Shown here piece by piece: positions 17,054-26,450 of a DNA stretch of 64,000 nt. Positions within the stretch are counted from its first letter, which is position 1. Each line of letters begins with the position of its first letter. The stretch covers positions 5,085 through 69,084 of the forward strand of contig NZ_QGLF01000001.1 in the NCBI RefSeq assembly GCF_003173055.1. Direction: 5' to 3'. Made by a program: the position numbers and the translations under genes. Under the pieces are notes generated by a model. It had not been told where the DNA came from and searched no databases. It saw nothing but the letters and a program-made list of their open reading frames with translations. Source of the DNA: Zavarzinia compransoris (GTDB lineage Bacteria; Pseudomonadota; Alphaproteobacteria; Zavarziniales; Zavarziniaceae).

Positions 17054-17299
17054 TCACTGCTCTTGCGCATTCAGCCACGCATCAATCTCGTTCAGGTCCC
17101 AAACGGTTGCACGGGGACCGATCTTGCGAGCGCGGGGGAAGTCGGGGCGTTCGGCGTGCCAGCGCCAGAGGGTGGCGAGACTGACGCCCAGATATTGAGC
17201 GGTGCCGGTGGGGCGGGCGTTGCGCCGTTCTTGGCGGCGGGCGAGTTCTTCGGCTACAGCCTGCTTCAAGGCTGGCAGCGGGATCGTTTCTTGTTTCAT
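17054..17299 (-). CDS. AlpA-family phage transcriptional regulator / excisionase (HTH_17)
   Basis: MKQETIPLPALKQAVAEELARRQERRNARPTGTAQYLGVSLATLWRWHAERPDFPRARKIGPRATVWDLNEIDAWLNAQ matches the AlpA pattern. Confidence 0.65.
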   Translation of the reverse strand: MKQETIPLPALKQAVAEELARRQERRNARPTGTAQYLGVSLATLWRWHAERPDFPRARKIGPRATVWDLNEIDAWLNAQEQ

Positions 17300-17603
17300 G
17301 GTGGCGAATCCTTGAGCGTTCAGCTCACGCCACCGGGGACCTTGTAGGCTGCGCGGGCGGCGGGAGCGGCAAGCCCCATGAGGGGCGGCTACTCTCACGC
17401 CACCGCTGCAACTACAGCGGATCAGGACCCGTGCTGGGCCGGGGCAGCGCCCCGGAACCTGTGTCCTTGTGGAGATACCGGCAGGTCAACGCCGCTTCGT
17501 TGGCGTCGCCTCCTGTCTCCAGCGATCAATCGAGGGGAATAGTAGCGAATAAGACGACAGAAGTCTATACGGATCAGTCACTTACCGAAAAAGTATAGTG
17601 CCT

Positions 17604-18881
17604 TCACTTCGCGCAGTACGCGGCCCAATCGGCCATAAGTGCCTGTCGTTTCTGGAAAAGACTGCCACGCGCATAGGCGGCTTCGGCCTTGTCCTTGAGC
17701 TGGTGCGCAAGGGCGTGTTCGATGACCTCGCGGGGGTGGTGCGTTGTCTCGCCTGCCCAGTCACGGAAGGTCGAGCGGAACCCGTGCGGGGTGGCAACCT
17801 TCGGGTTGCCGTTCTTGTCGGTTTGCTTCGGGTCGATGTAGCCCTTGTGCCCGGCCTTCGTCTCGCTTTCGTGCATACGCTTGATGACTGCGGCCAGCGT
17901 CATATCCGACAACTCGCCGCCACGGGATGCGGGGAATACAAGGTTGTTGTCCTCGAACCGCGGGAGGGCCTTCAACAAGGCCACCGCCTCCTCGGTGAGC
18001 GGCACGGTGTGTTCCTTGCCCATCTTCATGCGGTCCGCCGGGATCGTCCAGACTCCGGCCTCAAGGTCGATTTCGTCCCACTTCGCCCCGCGTACCTCGC
18101 CGGAGCGGGCGGCGGTCAGAATGGTGAACTCCAGCGCCCGCGCGCCGGTGCCTTCCATCTTGCGCAGATGCGTCATGAACGCGGGGGCCTCCGCGAAGGG
18201 CAGCGCGGCATGGTTGCCGTTCTTCGCCACTTTCGACGGCTTGGGCAACATCGCCTCAAGGTTCCCCCTCCAGCGCGCCGGGTTCGAGCCGTCGCGGTAC
18301 TTGCGAGCCGTAGCCCAATCCAGAACGGACTCGATGCGCCCGCGGAGCCGTTCGGCTGTCTCGGTTTTCACCTTCCAGATCGGTTCGAGCACTTCCAAGA
18401 TATGCGGCGTGTCGATGTCGCGCACCTGTAGCTTGGCGAGGGTCGGGAAGGCGTAAGTGGTCAGCGTGTTGGTCCACTGCTGGGCGTGCTTCGCGTTCTT
18501 CCACTCGGGGGACTTCGCCTCAATGCACAACCGCGCGGCCTCCTCGAACGTGATCTCAGTCGCCCGGCTCGCCAGCAGCGCGGAGCGCGCGGCCTTGCGC
18601 TCCGCTATCGGGTCGATGCCTTGGGTGATCTTCTCCCGGACCTCCCGCGCCTTGTCTCGGGCCTGCTGTAGCGTCACCGCCGGATACCCGCCCAAGCCGA
18701 CCTCGCTGCGGCGCTGCTTGCCGCTCGCGGTCGCACCGATAGTGACCCGCAGCAGCCAGGTCTTTCCTCCGCCGGGGAGGACTTGAAGATGGAGCCCAGG
18801 AACACCCCCAACGGCGTACATTCCCGGCTGTGAGAGGCGTTTCACCTCCAACGCTGATAGTTCTTTCGCAACTCGTGGCAT
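17604..18881 (-). CDS. int: tyrosine-type site-specific integrase, P4-like (DUF4102 arm-binding N-terminus)
   Basis: N-terminus LSALEVKRLSQPGMYAVGGVPGLHLQV (P4-int arm-binding domain), core-binding and catalytic domains with R..HxxR..Y pattern (HGFRSTFRDWAGE; LAHQL...AYAR). Start lies 8 nt from the arm-type repeats and 160 bp from the attR core. Confidence 0.85.
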   Translation of the reverse strand: MPRVAKELSALEVKRLSQPGMYAVGGVPGLHLQVLPGGGKTWLLRVTIGATASGKQRRSEVGLGGYPAVTLQQARDKAREVREKITQGIDPIAERKAARSALLASRATEITFEEAARLCIEAKSPEWKNAKHAQQWTNTLTTYAFPTLAKLQVRDIDTPHILEVLEPIWKVKTETAERLRGRIESVLDWATARKYRDGSNPARWRGNLEAMLPKPSKVAKNGNHAALPFAEAPAFMTHLRKMEGTGARALEFTILTAARSGEVRGAKWDEIDLEAGVWTIPADRMKMGKEHTVPLTEEAVALLKALPRFEDNNLVFPASRGGELSDMTLAAVIKRMHESETKAGHKGYIDPKQTDKNGNPKVATPHGFRSTFRDWAGETTHHPREVIEHALAHQLKDKAEAAYARGSLFQKRQALMADWAAYCAK

Positions 18882-18888
18882 AATCTCG

Positions 18889-19030
18889 CACCCGCCTATA
18901 CACCCGCCTAAGATTACGCGATCTTACGCGATAAGTCGAGACCATCCGAGACGATCGCCGCGGCAGAAGTCTTGTATTTACGCGGGTTTGCTGGCACTAT
19001 GGCGACGTTACGCGATGACGCGAGACGCTA
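18889..19030. repeat. attR-proximal arm: ACCCGCCT x2 plus 4 copies of TTACGCGA(T) direct repeat
   Basis: cACCCGCCTatacACCCGCCTaag at 18889-18912, then gaTTACGCGATcTTACGCGATaag ... gTTTACGCGgg ... cgTTACGCGATgacgcgag. Candidate integrase/Xis arm-type binding sites. Confidence 0.45.
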
Positions 19031-19040
19031 CGGTGGGGGA

Positions 19041-19054
19041 CTCCGACTCCGCCA
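19041..19054. repeat. attR core (copy of tRNA-Ser 3' end)
   Basis: ctccgactccgcca identical to 7375-7388. Flanks diverge after gcca. Confidence 0.7.
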
Positions 19055-19242
19055 TTGTGCCGTTTTGGCAACACTCGCCGCTGTTCGCGGTCGTCCCAAA
19101 CATTCCCGGAAGACCCTGAAAATATGTGAGTTTCGCGAAACTTGCATAGTCGTTCGTTGGGGTCTGATTCCTGGAATGCTTATCTCTGTTCGCCGCTATC
19201 CCCGCCGTTGTGGTGGACAGGAAGTGGACAGGGCAGGAGAAC

Positions 19243-19665
19243 ATGACGGGAACGGCGATCAATAAACTTAGCCCCAGGTTTGTTCAGACGGTGACAGATT
19301 CGGGCCGCTATGGTGACGGCAACGGCCTTTACCGGCGCTGGCTGCTGATCCGGCGCGGCCGTGCCGATCCCAATGCGCTCGCCTACTACTTCGCCTTCGC
19401 CCCCGAGGCGGCCGGCCTCCCGGAACTGGCCGGTGCCGCCGGCCTGCGGTGGACGATCGAGGAGTGCTTCCTGCGCGCCAAGGATGATCTCGGCCTGGAT
19501 CATTGTGAAGCCCGCTCCTGGACCGGATGGCATCGCCACATGAGCCTGGTCATGATGGCGGCGGCCTTCCTGGCCAAACTCGCCGCCGATCTGCGCCGCG
19601 CCGCCAGCGGACCCGACAACAGCAAACCGAACGAAACGAGTCCAATCAGCGCCTCCGCCGCCTGA
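19243..19665 (+). pseudogene. chimeric remnant: 30 codons of a second P4-type integrase N-terminus fused to the C-terminal ~115 codons of an IS701-family DDE transposase
   Basis: MTGTAINKLSPRFVQTVTDSGRYGDGNGLY (integrase arm-binding start, compare LTDTEIKAAKP...DGDGLxL) then an abrupt switch to YRRWLLIRRGRADPNALAYYFAFAPEAAGLPELAGAAGLRWTIEECFLRAKDDLGLDHCEARSWTGWHRHMSLVMMAAAFLA, matching the IS701/IS4-like transposase C-terminus. Confidence 0.6.
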
Positions 19666-19893
19666 ACCTGCTCATCCCCAATGTTCCAGAAATCGCCAAC
19701 CTCATCGCACGTCTTGTCTTACCGCCCGGCCACAAGCGGCGCTTCATCCTCCAATGGTCAATCTGGCGAAGGCGGCATCAAGCCGGTGCTGCGATAGCGC
19801 AATATAAACAACAGATAGGCAACTGTAGTACTAATGGATAGGTTGCGGTCGGGGCCGATCGCAAAGCGGCGGGTTCGGAAAGGGGGAAGAGGA

Positions 19894-20514
19894 ATGCGCG
19901 CATTTCTGGCGTGGCTGCCCGTGGTTTGTCTGTCCATGGCCTGTCCGGGCCTTGCGGGCTGCGATGCGAATTTCAACTCGATCTACCGGTCGAATACGCT
20001 CGACGGGGACGGCGCGGAAATCGTCCTGATCGACGCCAAGCAGCGCTCGATCCTGACCGCCACGGTCCCGACCGAAGTGAAGGTTACCCGGGCGCGCGAC
20101 GTCTTCGGCGCCATCCCCGGCCAGACCGAGACCCAGACCGTCGCGATCCAGCGCTTCTGCGCCGAGCCGAGCCCCGATGTCTTTTCCGTCCTCGCGCAGT
20201 CGTACAGCGGTGCGCTCGGCTTCGGCCAGGCGACCGACCCGAAGACGCTCGAAGTGGCGCTGCGCGCGGCCTTCAGCAGGGCCGAGAACGGTTCGACCAT
20301 CTCGCGCACGCAGACGATCAACATGCTGCGCGAACTGATGTACCGGACCTGCGAGCGCTACATGGGCGGCGGCTACGACGAGTTGGAATTGTCCATCCAG
20401 GCGGTGCGCGACCAGCGATTGATCGTCTCGATCCTGGCGATCGAGCAGTTGAAGGCGCGTGGTTGCTCTGAAGATCTGCGCCAGCAGGGGCAGACTTGGC
20501 TATTGGGCCAATAA
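19894..20514 (+). CDS. hypothetical lipoprotein (lipobox LAGC), in a lower-GC region
   Basis: MRAFLAWLPVVCLSMACPGLAGCDA signal/lipobox. No domain recognised. GC is visibly lower than the flanks. Confidence 0.5.
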   Translation: MRAFLAWLPVVCLSMACPGLAGCDANFNSIYRSNTLDGDGAEIVLIDAKQRSILTATVPTEVKVTRARDVFGAIPGQTETQTVAIQRFCAEPSPDVFSVLAQSYSGALGFGQATDPKTLEVALRAAFSRAENGSTISRTQTINMLRELMYRTCERYMGGGYDELELSIQAVRDQRLIVSILAIEQLKARGCSEDLRQQGQTWLLGQ

Positions 20515-20529
20515 CCGGCGGAGGGAAAC

Positions 20530-20727
20530 ATGCCAAGAGGCTACATGATCATTCTCGGTCGCACGCCCGAGCTGGTGAAAGAATCTGCAAAAGCAAATGA
20601 TTGCAAGGTATCGGGGAGCATTAGATCCTTTGATGAGTATGGCACGGTCGACGAGCAGGCGAGTGCCGTAACCTCTCTCCGCGTCGATGAGCCGGGGTTC
20701 TTCGCTGTCGGATTCTACGAATATTGA
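20530..20727 (+). CDS. hypothetical small protein (65 aa), low-GC
   Basis: ORF with AT-rich codon usage atypical for this genome. No domain. Confidence 0.3.
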   Translation: MPRGYMIILGRTPELVKESAKANDCKVSGSIRSFDEYGTVDEQASAVTSLRVDEPGFFAVGFYEY

Positions 20728-20766
20728 ACAGGTCCGGCAGGCGTCCTCCTGCCTCCGGGAGGGGAG

Positions 20767-21774
20767 TCAGAAACTCCAGCTGAGCGAGGCGGAGCCGAAT
20801 TTGGACAAGCCGTCCTGGCCCTCGAATTCCTCGGTTCTGATCACATAGGTATAGGTCAGGCGGGTGGAGCCGAGGAAGAGGGAGAGGCCGGCCTGGGCGT
20901 CGCCCACCAGGATGCGCTTGTCGACATGGGGGCCGTCGCCGTCGAACGTATTGCCGTCGAGGAAGATGTCGCGGGCGATCGCCCGTCCCTCGGCCCCGGC
21001 GAAGACGTACCAGCCGAAGCCGTCGCGCTTGTCGTAGAAATTGGCGCCGGTCAGGGCCGGGCGGATGCGCGGGGCGCCGAAATCGGAATCGAGGTTCTGG
21101 CCCAGGCGGAACATCAGGCCGCCGGCGGCATAGGTCGCGACATTGCCGAGGGATAGGGTGACGCTGGGGGTCAGGTCGATGCCGAGGCCGGTGCGCGGGC
21201 CGGTCAGGCTGACGGCGCGCCATTTGCGGTCGAAGATCAGGTTGATGCCCAATTCGTCGTCCAATTGGTGATCCCAGCCCTCGGCATGGCCGTCGCCGAT
21301 CAGGTCGTGGAAATTATTCTGCACTTCCTCGCCCAGCGCCGAGGGGCCGACCATGCCGATCTGAAGCTGGATCGTGTTCAGCGTCTCGTCGGAATAGGCG
21401 ACGAGGGAGACGGCGCCGAACAGATAGGCGGCATAGGGCCGGTCGCTTGGATCCGGCACCCGGCGTTCCGTGTCTTCCGGCGTGAACAGGGTCTGGCCCA
21501 GCGCCAGCCCCCAGCGCACCTGGGAGTCGGGCCCGAGGAAAAAGCGGGTGGTATCGGTCGCACCGTCGAACCAGGGCGGCGGGCTGGACGGCGACAGCCA
21601 GGAGAATTGCACGCCATTGGTGTAATAGCGGTCGGTGGCGGCAAAGGCATCGTTTTCCCACAGGAAGGAAAAGGTGCCGTTCGGGTCGGTCGGGGGCGAC
21701 GAGGGCTGCGCCAGCGCACTGCCGGCCGCAAGCGCGAGGCCGCAGGCAAGAAGGGCACGATGGGACAGGGACAT
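20767..21774 (-). CDS. outer-membrane protein, LpxR/DUF2219 family (putative lipid A 3-O-deacylase)
   Basis: Signal peptide MSLSHRALLACGLALAAGSALA, then FSFLWENDAFAATDRYYTNGVQFSWL matching the DUF2219 N-terminal signature. Beta-barrel-like C-terminus ending in Phe. Confidence 0.55.
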   Translation of the reverse strand: MSLSHRALLACGLALAAGSALAQPSSPPTDPNGTFSFLWENDAFAATDRYYTNGVQFSWLSPSSPPPWFDGATDTTRFFLGPDSQVRWGLALGQTLFTPEDTERRVPDPSDRPYAAYLFGAVSLVAYSDETLNTIQLQIGMVGPSALGEEVQNNFHDLIGDGHAEGWDHQLDDELGINLIFDRKWRAVSLTGPRTGLGIDLTPSVTLSLGNVATYAAGGLMFRLGQNLDSDFGAPRIRPALTGANFYDKRDGFGWYVFAGAEGRAIARDIFLDGNTFDGDGPHVDKRILVGDAQAGLSLFLGSTRLTYTYVIRTEEFEGQDGLSKFGSASLSWSF

Positions 21775-21916
21775 GATCACCTCGCGACGAAAGCCTTGCG
21801 GGGGCATCTGAAGCGGCCCGAATCCGCCCCTATTCGCCCAAGGTCGGTTGAGCCAGTTCATTGACTTATCCCGGCCGATAATCCTATTACCACTCAAATT
21901 GTACGAGGGAATGGGG

Positions 21917-24067
21917 ATGGCCGATTTTCCGAAGCGTAGTCTCGAAGACTGGCAGGCACTGGTATCGAAGGAACTGGGCGGCAAGCCGGCCGACAGCCTG
22001 ACGTGGAACACGCCCGAGGGCATCGCGGTGAAGCCGCTCTATACCGCGGCCGATGTCGAGGGTCTGGAGACGGCCGACACCCTGCCGGGCTTCGCCCCCT
22101 TCACCCGGGGCGTGCGGGCGTCCATGTATGCCAACCGGCCCTGGACCATCCGCCAGTATGCCGGCTTCTCGACCGCGGAAGCGTCGAACGCCTTCTATCG
22201 CAAGAATCTGGCCGCCGGCCAGATGGGCCTCTCGATCGCCTTCGACCTCGCCACCCACCGCGGCTATGACAGCGACCATCCCCGCGTGATCGGCGATGTC
22301 GGCAAGGCCGGGGTCGCCATCGACAGCGTCGAGGACATGAAGATCCTGTTCGACGGCATCCCGCTCGACAAGATGTCGGTCTCGATGACCATGAACGGCG
22401 CCGTGCTGCCCTGCCTCGCCAATTACATCATCGCGGCGGAGGAACAGGGGGTCTCGCAGGACAAGCTCTCGGGCACGATCCAGAACGACATCCTGAAGGA
22501 GTTCATGGTCCGCAATACCTATATCTATCCGCCCGAACCCTCGATGCGGATCATTGCGGATATCATCGCCTATACGTCGAAGAACATGCCGAAGTTCAAT
22601 TCGATCTCGATTTCCGGCTATCACATGCAGGAAGCGGGCGCGAACCAGGTTCAGGAACTGGCTTTCACCCTGGCGGACGGCCTCGAATACGTCCGCGCCG
22701 CCCTGTCCAAGGGCCTGGACGTCGACGATTTCGCCGGCCGCCTGTCGTTCTTCTTCGCCATCGGCATGAATTTCTTCATGGAAGTGGCCAAGCTGCGCGC
22801 CGCCCGCTTCCTCTGGGCCGAACTGATGGCCCAGTTCAAGCCGAAGAAGGCGTCCAGCCTGATGCTGCGCACCCATTGCCAGACGTCCGGCGTGTCGCTG
22901 ACCGAGCAGGACCCCTACAACAATGTCGTCCGCACCGCCTATGAGGCGATGGCGGCGATCTTCGGCGGCACCCAGTCGCTGCATACCAATTCGCTGGACG
23001 AGGCGATCGCGCTGCCGACCGAATTCTCGGCCCGCATCGCCCGCAACACCCAGTTGATCCTGGCCGAGGAGACAGGCGTCACCCATGTCGTCGATCCGCT
23101 CGGCGGGTCCTATTACGTCGAAAGCCTGACGGCCGAACTGGTGACCGAAGCGCGCAAGATCATCGAGGAAGTGGAAAGCCTGGGCGGCATGACCAAGGCG
23201 GTCGAAAGCGGCATGCCCAAGCTCCGCATCGAGGAATCGGCGGCACGGCGCCAGGCCGCGATCGACCGCGGCGACGAGGTCATCGTCGGCGTGAACAAGT
23301 ACCGCCTGAAGGAAGAGGCGCCGGTGGACATCCTGGACGTCGACAATGTCGCCGTCCGCGAAGCCCAGATCGCCCGCCTGAAGCAGATCCGCGGGACCCG
23401 CGACGAGGCGGCGGTGCAGGCGGCCCTGGACGCCCTGACCGAAGGCGCCAAGGGCGGCGAGGCCAATCTTCTCGATCTCTCGGTCAAGGCCGCCCGCGTG
23501 CGCGCCACCGTGGGCGAGATTTCGGATGCCCTCGAGAAAGTCTTCACCCGCCACAAGGCGGTGATCCGCTCGATCTCTGGCGTCTATGGCGCGGCTTATG
23601 AGGGTGACGAGGGCTTCGACCGCATCCGCCAGGAAGTCGCCGCCTTCGCCCGCGAGGAGGGCCGCCGCCCGCGCATGCTGGTGGCCAAGATGGGCCAGGA
23701 CGGCCACGACCGCGGCGCCAAGGTGATCGCCACCGCCTTCGCCGACATCGGCTTCGACGTCGACGTCGGCTCACTGTTCCAGACCCCGGCGGAAGTCGCC
23801 CGCGATGCGGTCGAGAACGACGTCCATGTCGTCGGCGTCTCGTCCCAGGCCGCCGGCCACAAGACCCTGGTGCCGGAACTGATCGCCGAACTGAAGCAGG
23901 CGGGCGCGGAAGACGTGCTCGTGGTCTGCGGCGGCGTCATCCCGGCGCAGGACTACGACTTCCTCTACAAGGCGGGCGTCGCCGCCATCTATGGCCCCGG
24001 CACCAATATCCCGTCCGCCGCGGCCGAGATCATGACGATCATCGCCAAGCGCCGCCAGGCCGCCTGA
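21917..24067 (+). CDS. scpA: methylmalonyl-CoA mutase, large (alpha) subunit
   Basis: [12 protein letters not shown]...[17 protein letters not shown]...[48 protein letters not shown]-terminal B12-binding domain ([23 protein letters not shown]). Alternative start ATG at 21911. Confidence 0.85.
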   Translation: MADFPKRSLEDWQALVSKELGGKPADSLTWNTPEGIAVKPLYTAADVEGLETADTLPGFAPFTRGVRASMYANRPWTIRQYAGFSTAEASNAFYRKNLAAGQMGLSIAFDLATHRGYDSDHPRVIGDVGKAGVAIDSVEDMKILFDGIPLDKMSVSMTMNGAVLPCLANYIIAAEEQGVSQDKLSGTIQNDILKEFMVRNTYIYPPEPSMRIIADIIAYTSKNMPKFNSISISGYHMQEAGANQVQELAFTLADGLEYVRAALSKGLDVDDFAGRLSFFFAIGMNFFMEVAKLRAARFLWAELMAQFKPKKASSLMLRTHCQTSGVSLTEQDPYNNVVRTAYEAMAAIFGGTQSLHTNSLDEAIALPTEFSARIARNTQLILAEETGVTHVVDPLGGSYYVESLTAELVTEARKIIEEVESLGGMTKAVESGMPKLRIEESAARRQAAIDRGDEVIVGVNKYRLKEEAPVDILDVDNVAVREAQIARLKQIRGTRDEAAVQAALDALTEGAKGGEANLLDLSVKAARVRATVGEISDALEKVFTRHKAVIRSISGVYGAAYEGDEGFDRIRQEVAAFAREEGRRPRMLVAKMGQDGHDRGAKVIATAFADIGFDVDVGSLFQTPAEVARDAVENDVHVVGVSSQAAGHKTLVPELIAELKQAGAEDVLVVCGGVIPAQDYDFLYKAGVAAIYGPGTNIPSAAAEIMTIIAKRRQAA

Positions 24068-24087
24068 GCGATTGGAACACCACGGAA

Positions 24088-24116
24088 AAGCCCCGCCGGC
24101 GTGCGGGGCTTTTTTG
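24088..24116 (+). terminator. rho-independent terminator after mutase gene
   Basis: aaaaGCCCCGC-cggcgt-GCGGGGCtttttt. Confidence 0.75.
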
Positions 24117-24129
24117 TCGGCGGAGCGGC

Positions 24130-24405
24130 ATGGACGATCGGCGCGAGACATTGCTGAAGGAGGCCGCCGGCTGGCTGGCCCGGCTGCGTGAGCGGCCGGA
24201 CGACGACGATCTGCGCCGGGCCATCGCCGGCTGGCTTGCCCTCGATTCCGCCCATTGGGTGGCGTGGAGCCGGGCGCGCCGCGCCATGGCGATGCTGGGC
24301 GAGATTCCGCCGGCCTTCGACGCCCGCTGGGCCGGTCGGGTGGAGCCGCCGGAACCACCCCTGTCGTTCGGGGCGCGGCTCCGGCGGTTCCTGTTCGGGC
24401 GCTGA
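24130..24405 (+). CDS. stand-alone FecR-N-terminal-like (DUF4880) domain protein, 91 aa
   Basis: EAAGWLARLRERPDDDDLRRAIAGWLALDSAHWVAWSRARRAMAMLGEI resembles the anti-sigma FecR N-terminal domain. No sigma factor or FecR C-terminus nearby; possibly a remnant. Confidence 0.35.
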   Translation: MDDRRETLLKEAAGWLARLRERPDDDDLRRAIAGWLALDSAHWVAWSRARRAMAMLGEIPPAFDARWAGRVEPPEPPLSFGARLRRFLFGR

Positions 24406-25794
24406 CTATTCCGCCGCCGCCTTGGCCGTGGCGGTGCGGGCCTTGCTGCGCATCAGCACCAGTTCCTCGGCGGCGGTGGGGTGGACGGCGACGGTGCGGT
24501 CGAACTGGGCCTTGGTCGCGCCCAGCTTCACGGCGATGCCGACCACCTGGATGATTTCCGGCGTATCGTCGCCGATCAGATGGGCGCCCACCACCCGGTC
24601 GGAACGGGGTTCGACGATCAGCTTCATATAGGTCCTGGTGTTGCGGCCGGTGAGCGCATGTTTCATCGGGCGGAAGCCGGCCTCGTAGATGTCGACGGTG
24701 CCGAAGCGCGCCACCGCCTGGGCTTCGGTCAGGCCGACGGTGCCGATGGGCGGCTGGCTGAAGACGGCGGTCGGGACGTCGTGATGATCGGCCAGGGCCG
24801 GGCGGTTGCCGAACAGCGTGTCGGCGAAGGCATGGCCTTCCTTGATCGCCACCGGGGTCAGGGCCACCCGGTCGGTGACGTCGCCGACGGCATAGATGTT
24901 GGGCACATTGGTCCGGGAATAGAGATCGACCTTGATCTCGCCCTTGGGCCCGGTCTCGACCCCCGCCGCCTCGAGACCCAGATCCTGCGTGTTGGGACGC
25001 CGCCCGGTGGCGAACATCACCGCATCGGTTTCGATCGCGCTGCCGTCCGACAGATGCAGGGTCAGGCCGTCCGGGCCCTTGTCGATGGCGGTCGGGCTGG
25101 CGTTCAGGTGCAGGGCGATGCCCTTGTCGCGGTATTCGTCCTGGAGACGGTCGGCGACATCGTCGTCGAAGCCGCGCAGCAGGCGGGGGCCGCGGTGGAC
25201 GATCGTGGTCGTGCTGCCGAGGCCGTGGAAGATCCCGGCGAATTCGACCGCGATATAGCCGGCACCCACCACCACCACGCGTTTCGGCTGGGCGGGCAGG
25301 TGAAAGGCTTCGTTCGAGGTGATGGCATGTTCGGCGCCGGGGATCGCCGGCACCTCCGGCGTGCCGCCGGTGGCGACCAGGATCGTCGCCGCCGTCACCC
25401 GGCGGCCGCCGACATCGAGTGTATGGGCATCGATCAGGCGGGCACGGCCGCGGAGCAATGCGGCGCCGGCCCCGTCCAGCCCCTTCACGTAGAGGCCGCT
25501 CAGGCGCTCGATCTCCTTGTCCTTGGCGGCGATCAGGCGGGCCCAGTCGAAGCTGGCCTTGCCCGGCACGGTCCAGCCGAAGGCGGCGGCATCCTCGATC
25601 TCCTCGCCGTAATGGGCGGCATAGACCAGCAGTTTCTTCGGCACGCAGCCGCGGATCACGCAGGTGCCGCCGACCCGGTAATCCTCGGCGACGGCGACGC
25701 GGGCGCCATGGCCGGCGGCGATGCGCGCCGCCCGGACGCCGCCCGAACCGGCGCCGATGACGAAGAGATCGTAGTCATAGGATGGGCTGGTCAT
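24406..25794 (-). CDS. gor: glutathione-disulfide reductase
   Basis: YDYDLFVIGAGSGGVRAARIAAGHGARVAVAE.YRVGGTCVIRGCVPKKL (FAD motif plus redox-active CVIRGC), NAD(P) site GAGYIAVEFAG, C-terminal dimerisation HPTAAEE. Confidence 0.85.
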   Translation of the reverse strand: MTSPSYDYDLFVIGAGSGGVRAARIAAGHGARVAVAEDYRVGGTCVIRGCVPKKLLVYAAHYGEEIEDAAAFGWTVPGKASFDWARLIAAKDKEIERLSGLYVKGLDGAGAALLRGRARLIDAHTLDVGGRRVTAATILVATGGTPEVPAIPGAEHAITSNEAFHLPAQPKRVVVVGAGYIAVEFAGIFHGLGSTTTIVHRGPRLLRGFDDDVADRLQDEYRDKGIALHLNASPTAIDKGPDGLTLHLSDGSAIETDAVMFATGRRPNTQDLGLEAAGVETGPKGEIKVDLYSRTNVPNIYAVGDVTDRVALTPVAIKEGHAFADTLFGNRPALADHHDVPTAVFSQPPIGTVGLTEAQAVARFGTVDIYEAGFRPMKHALTGRNTRTYMKLIVEPRSDRVVGAHLIGDDTPEIIQVVGIAVKLGATKAQFDRTVAVHPTAAEELVLMRSKARTATAKAAAE

Positions 25795-26450
25795 GAAAGC
25801 ACCGCTTGCAAATGTTGGGGCAGGTCGCCGCCCGGCCGGCCGGCGGTCCTGCCGGCGACCGGCAGGCGCAGGACCAGGCGGTCGCCCGCGCGGGTGAGGC
25901 CGGCCGGATGATCCGGATCGGCCAGGGCAATCTGTACCCCCCTGATGTGGACGCTGAGGCGCTCGATGCCAAGGGGGCTGGCGGTCTGTTGGCGCAGCGC
26001 CTCGGCCAGTTCGTCCAGGGCGCCGTCGATAGCCCGCAGCGAGGCCGCATCCTCGGGGAAATGATCGAAGGCGAGGTCGATGGCGAAGGGCGCGGCCAGT
26101 TCCGCCTGTACCGCCGCCGCGATCGCCGCCGCCCGCCGGACGAGGCCGAGCCGGCTGGGCACGCCCGCCGCCGCCTTCGCCGCCTGAACCTGGCGCAGGC
26201 TTTCCGCCGACAGGCTGATGCGGCTGATCTGGTCGAGGCGGACATGGTGCAATTCGACACCGTCGACCAGCACCAGCCAGCGGGGATCGCTGCCGATGAG
26301 GCCCAGCACCCGGCCCTGCACCTCCGCCGCCTCGGCAAGGCCGAGGGTGACCAGGGGCAGGGGGCTGCCGGCGGCATCGCCGGCGCCGCCGGCCTCCGCC
26401 AGCAGGGCGATCAGGGCCTCCCCGGCCAGCAGGGGCGGGGACGCGGTCAT
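25791..26450 (-). CDS. hypothetical protein (219 aa) co-transcribed between gabD and gor
   Basis: 4-bp overlaps at both ends (ATGA). Ala/Leu-rich, no domain recognised. Confidence 0.45.
   Translation of the reverse strand: MTASPPLLAGEALIALLAEAGGAGDAAGSPLPLVTLGLAEAAEVQGRVLGLIGSDPRWLVLVDGVELHHVRLDQISRISLSAESLRQVQAAKAAAGVPSRLGLVRRAAAIAAAVQAELAAPFAIDLAFDHFPEDAASLRAIDGALDELAEALRQQTASPLGIERLSVHIRGVQIALADPDHPAGLTRAGDRLVLRLPVAGRTAGRPGGDLPQHLQAVLS

Larger units (their letters stand above)
7389..19054. mobile_element. ~11.7 kb integrated P4-like / PICI-like satellite (or cryptic prophage) inserted at the 3' end of tRNA-Ser(GCT)
   Basis: Bounded by the 14-bp direct repeat ctccgactccgcca (tRNA 3' end 7375-7388; attR copy 19041-19054). 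P4-type tyrosine integrase sits adjacent to attR. Other genes: AlpA, prim-pol/D5-type primase-helicase, resolvase-like protein, TerS, TerL, and nuclease cargo. No capsid, portal or tail genes. Confidence 0.75.

Noticed and set aside
20767-22023. Using the full 418-aa minus-strand ORF for the LpxR-like protein
   Set aside because: The N-terminal 83 codons lack signal-peptide character and run into the mcm promoter region. A canonical signal peptide begins at the internal ATG (21774).
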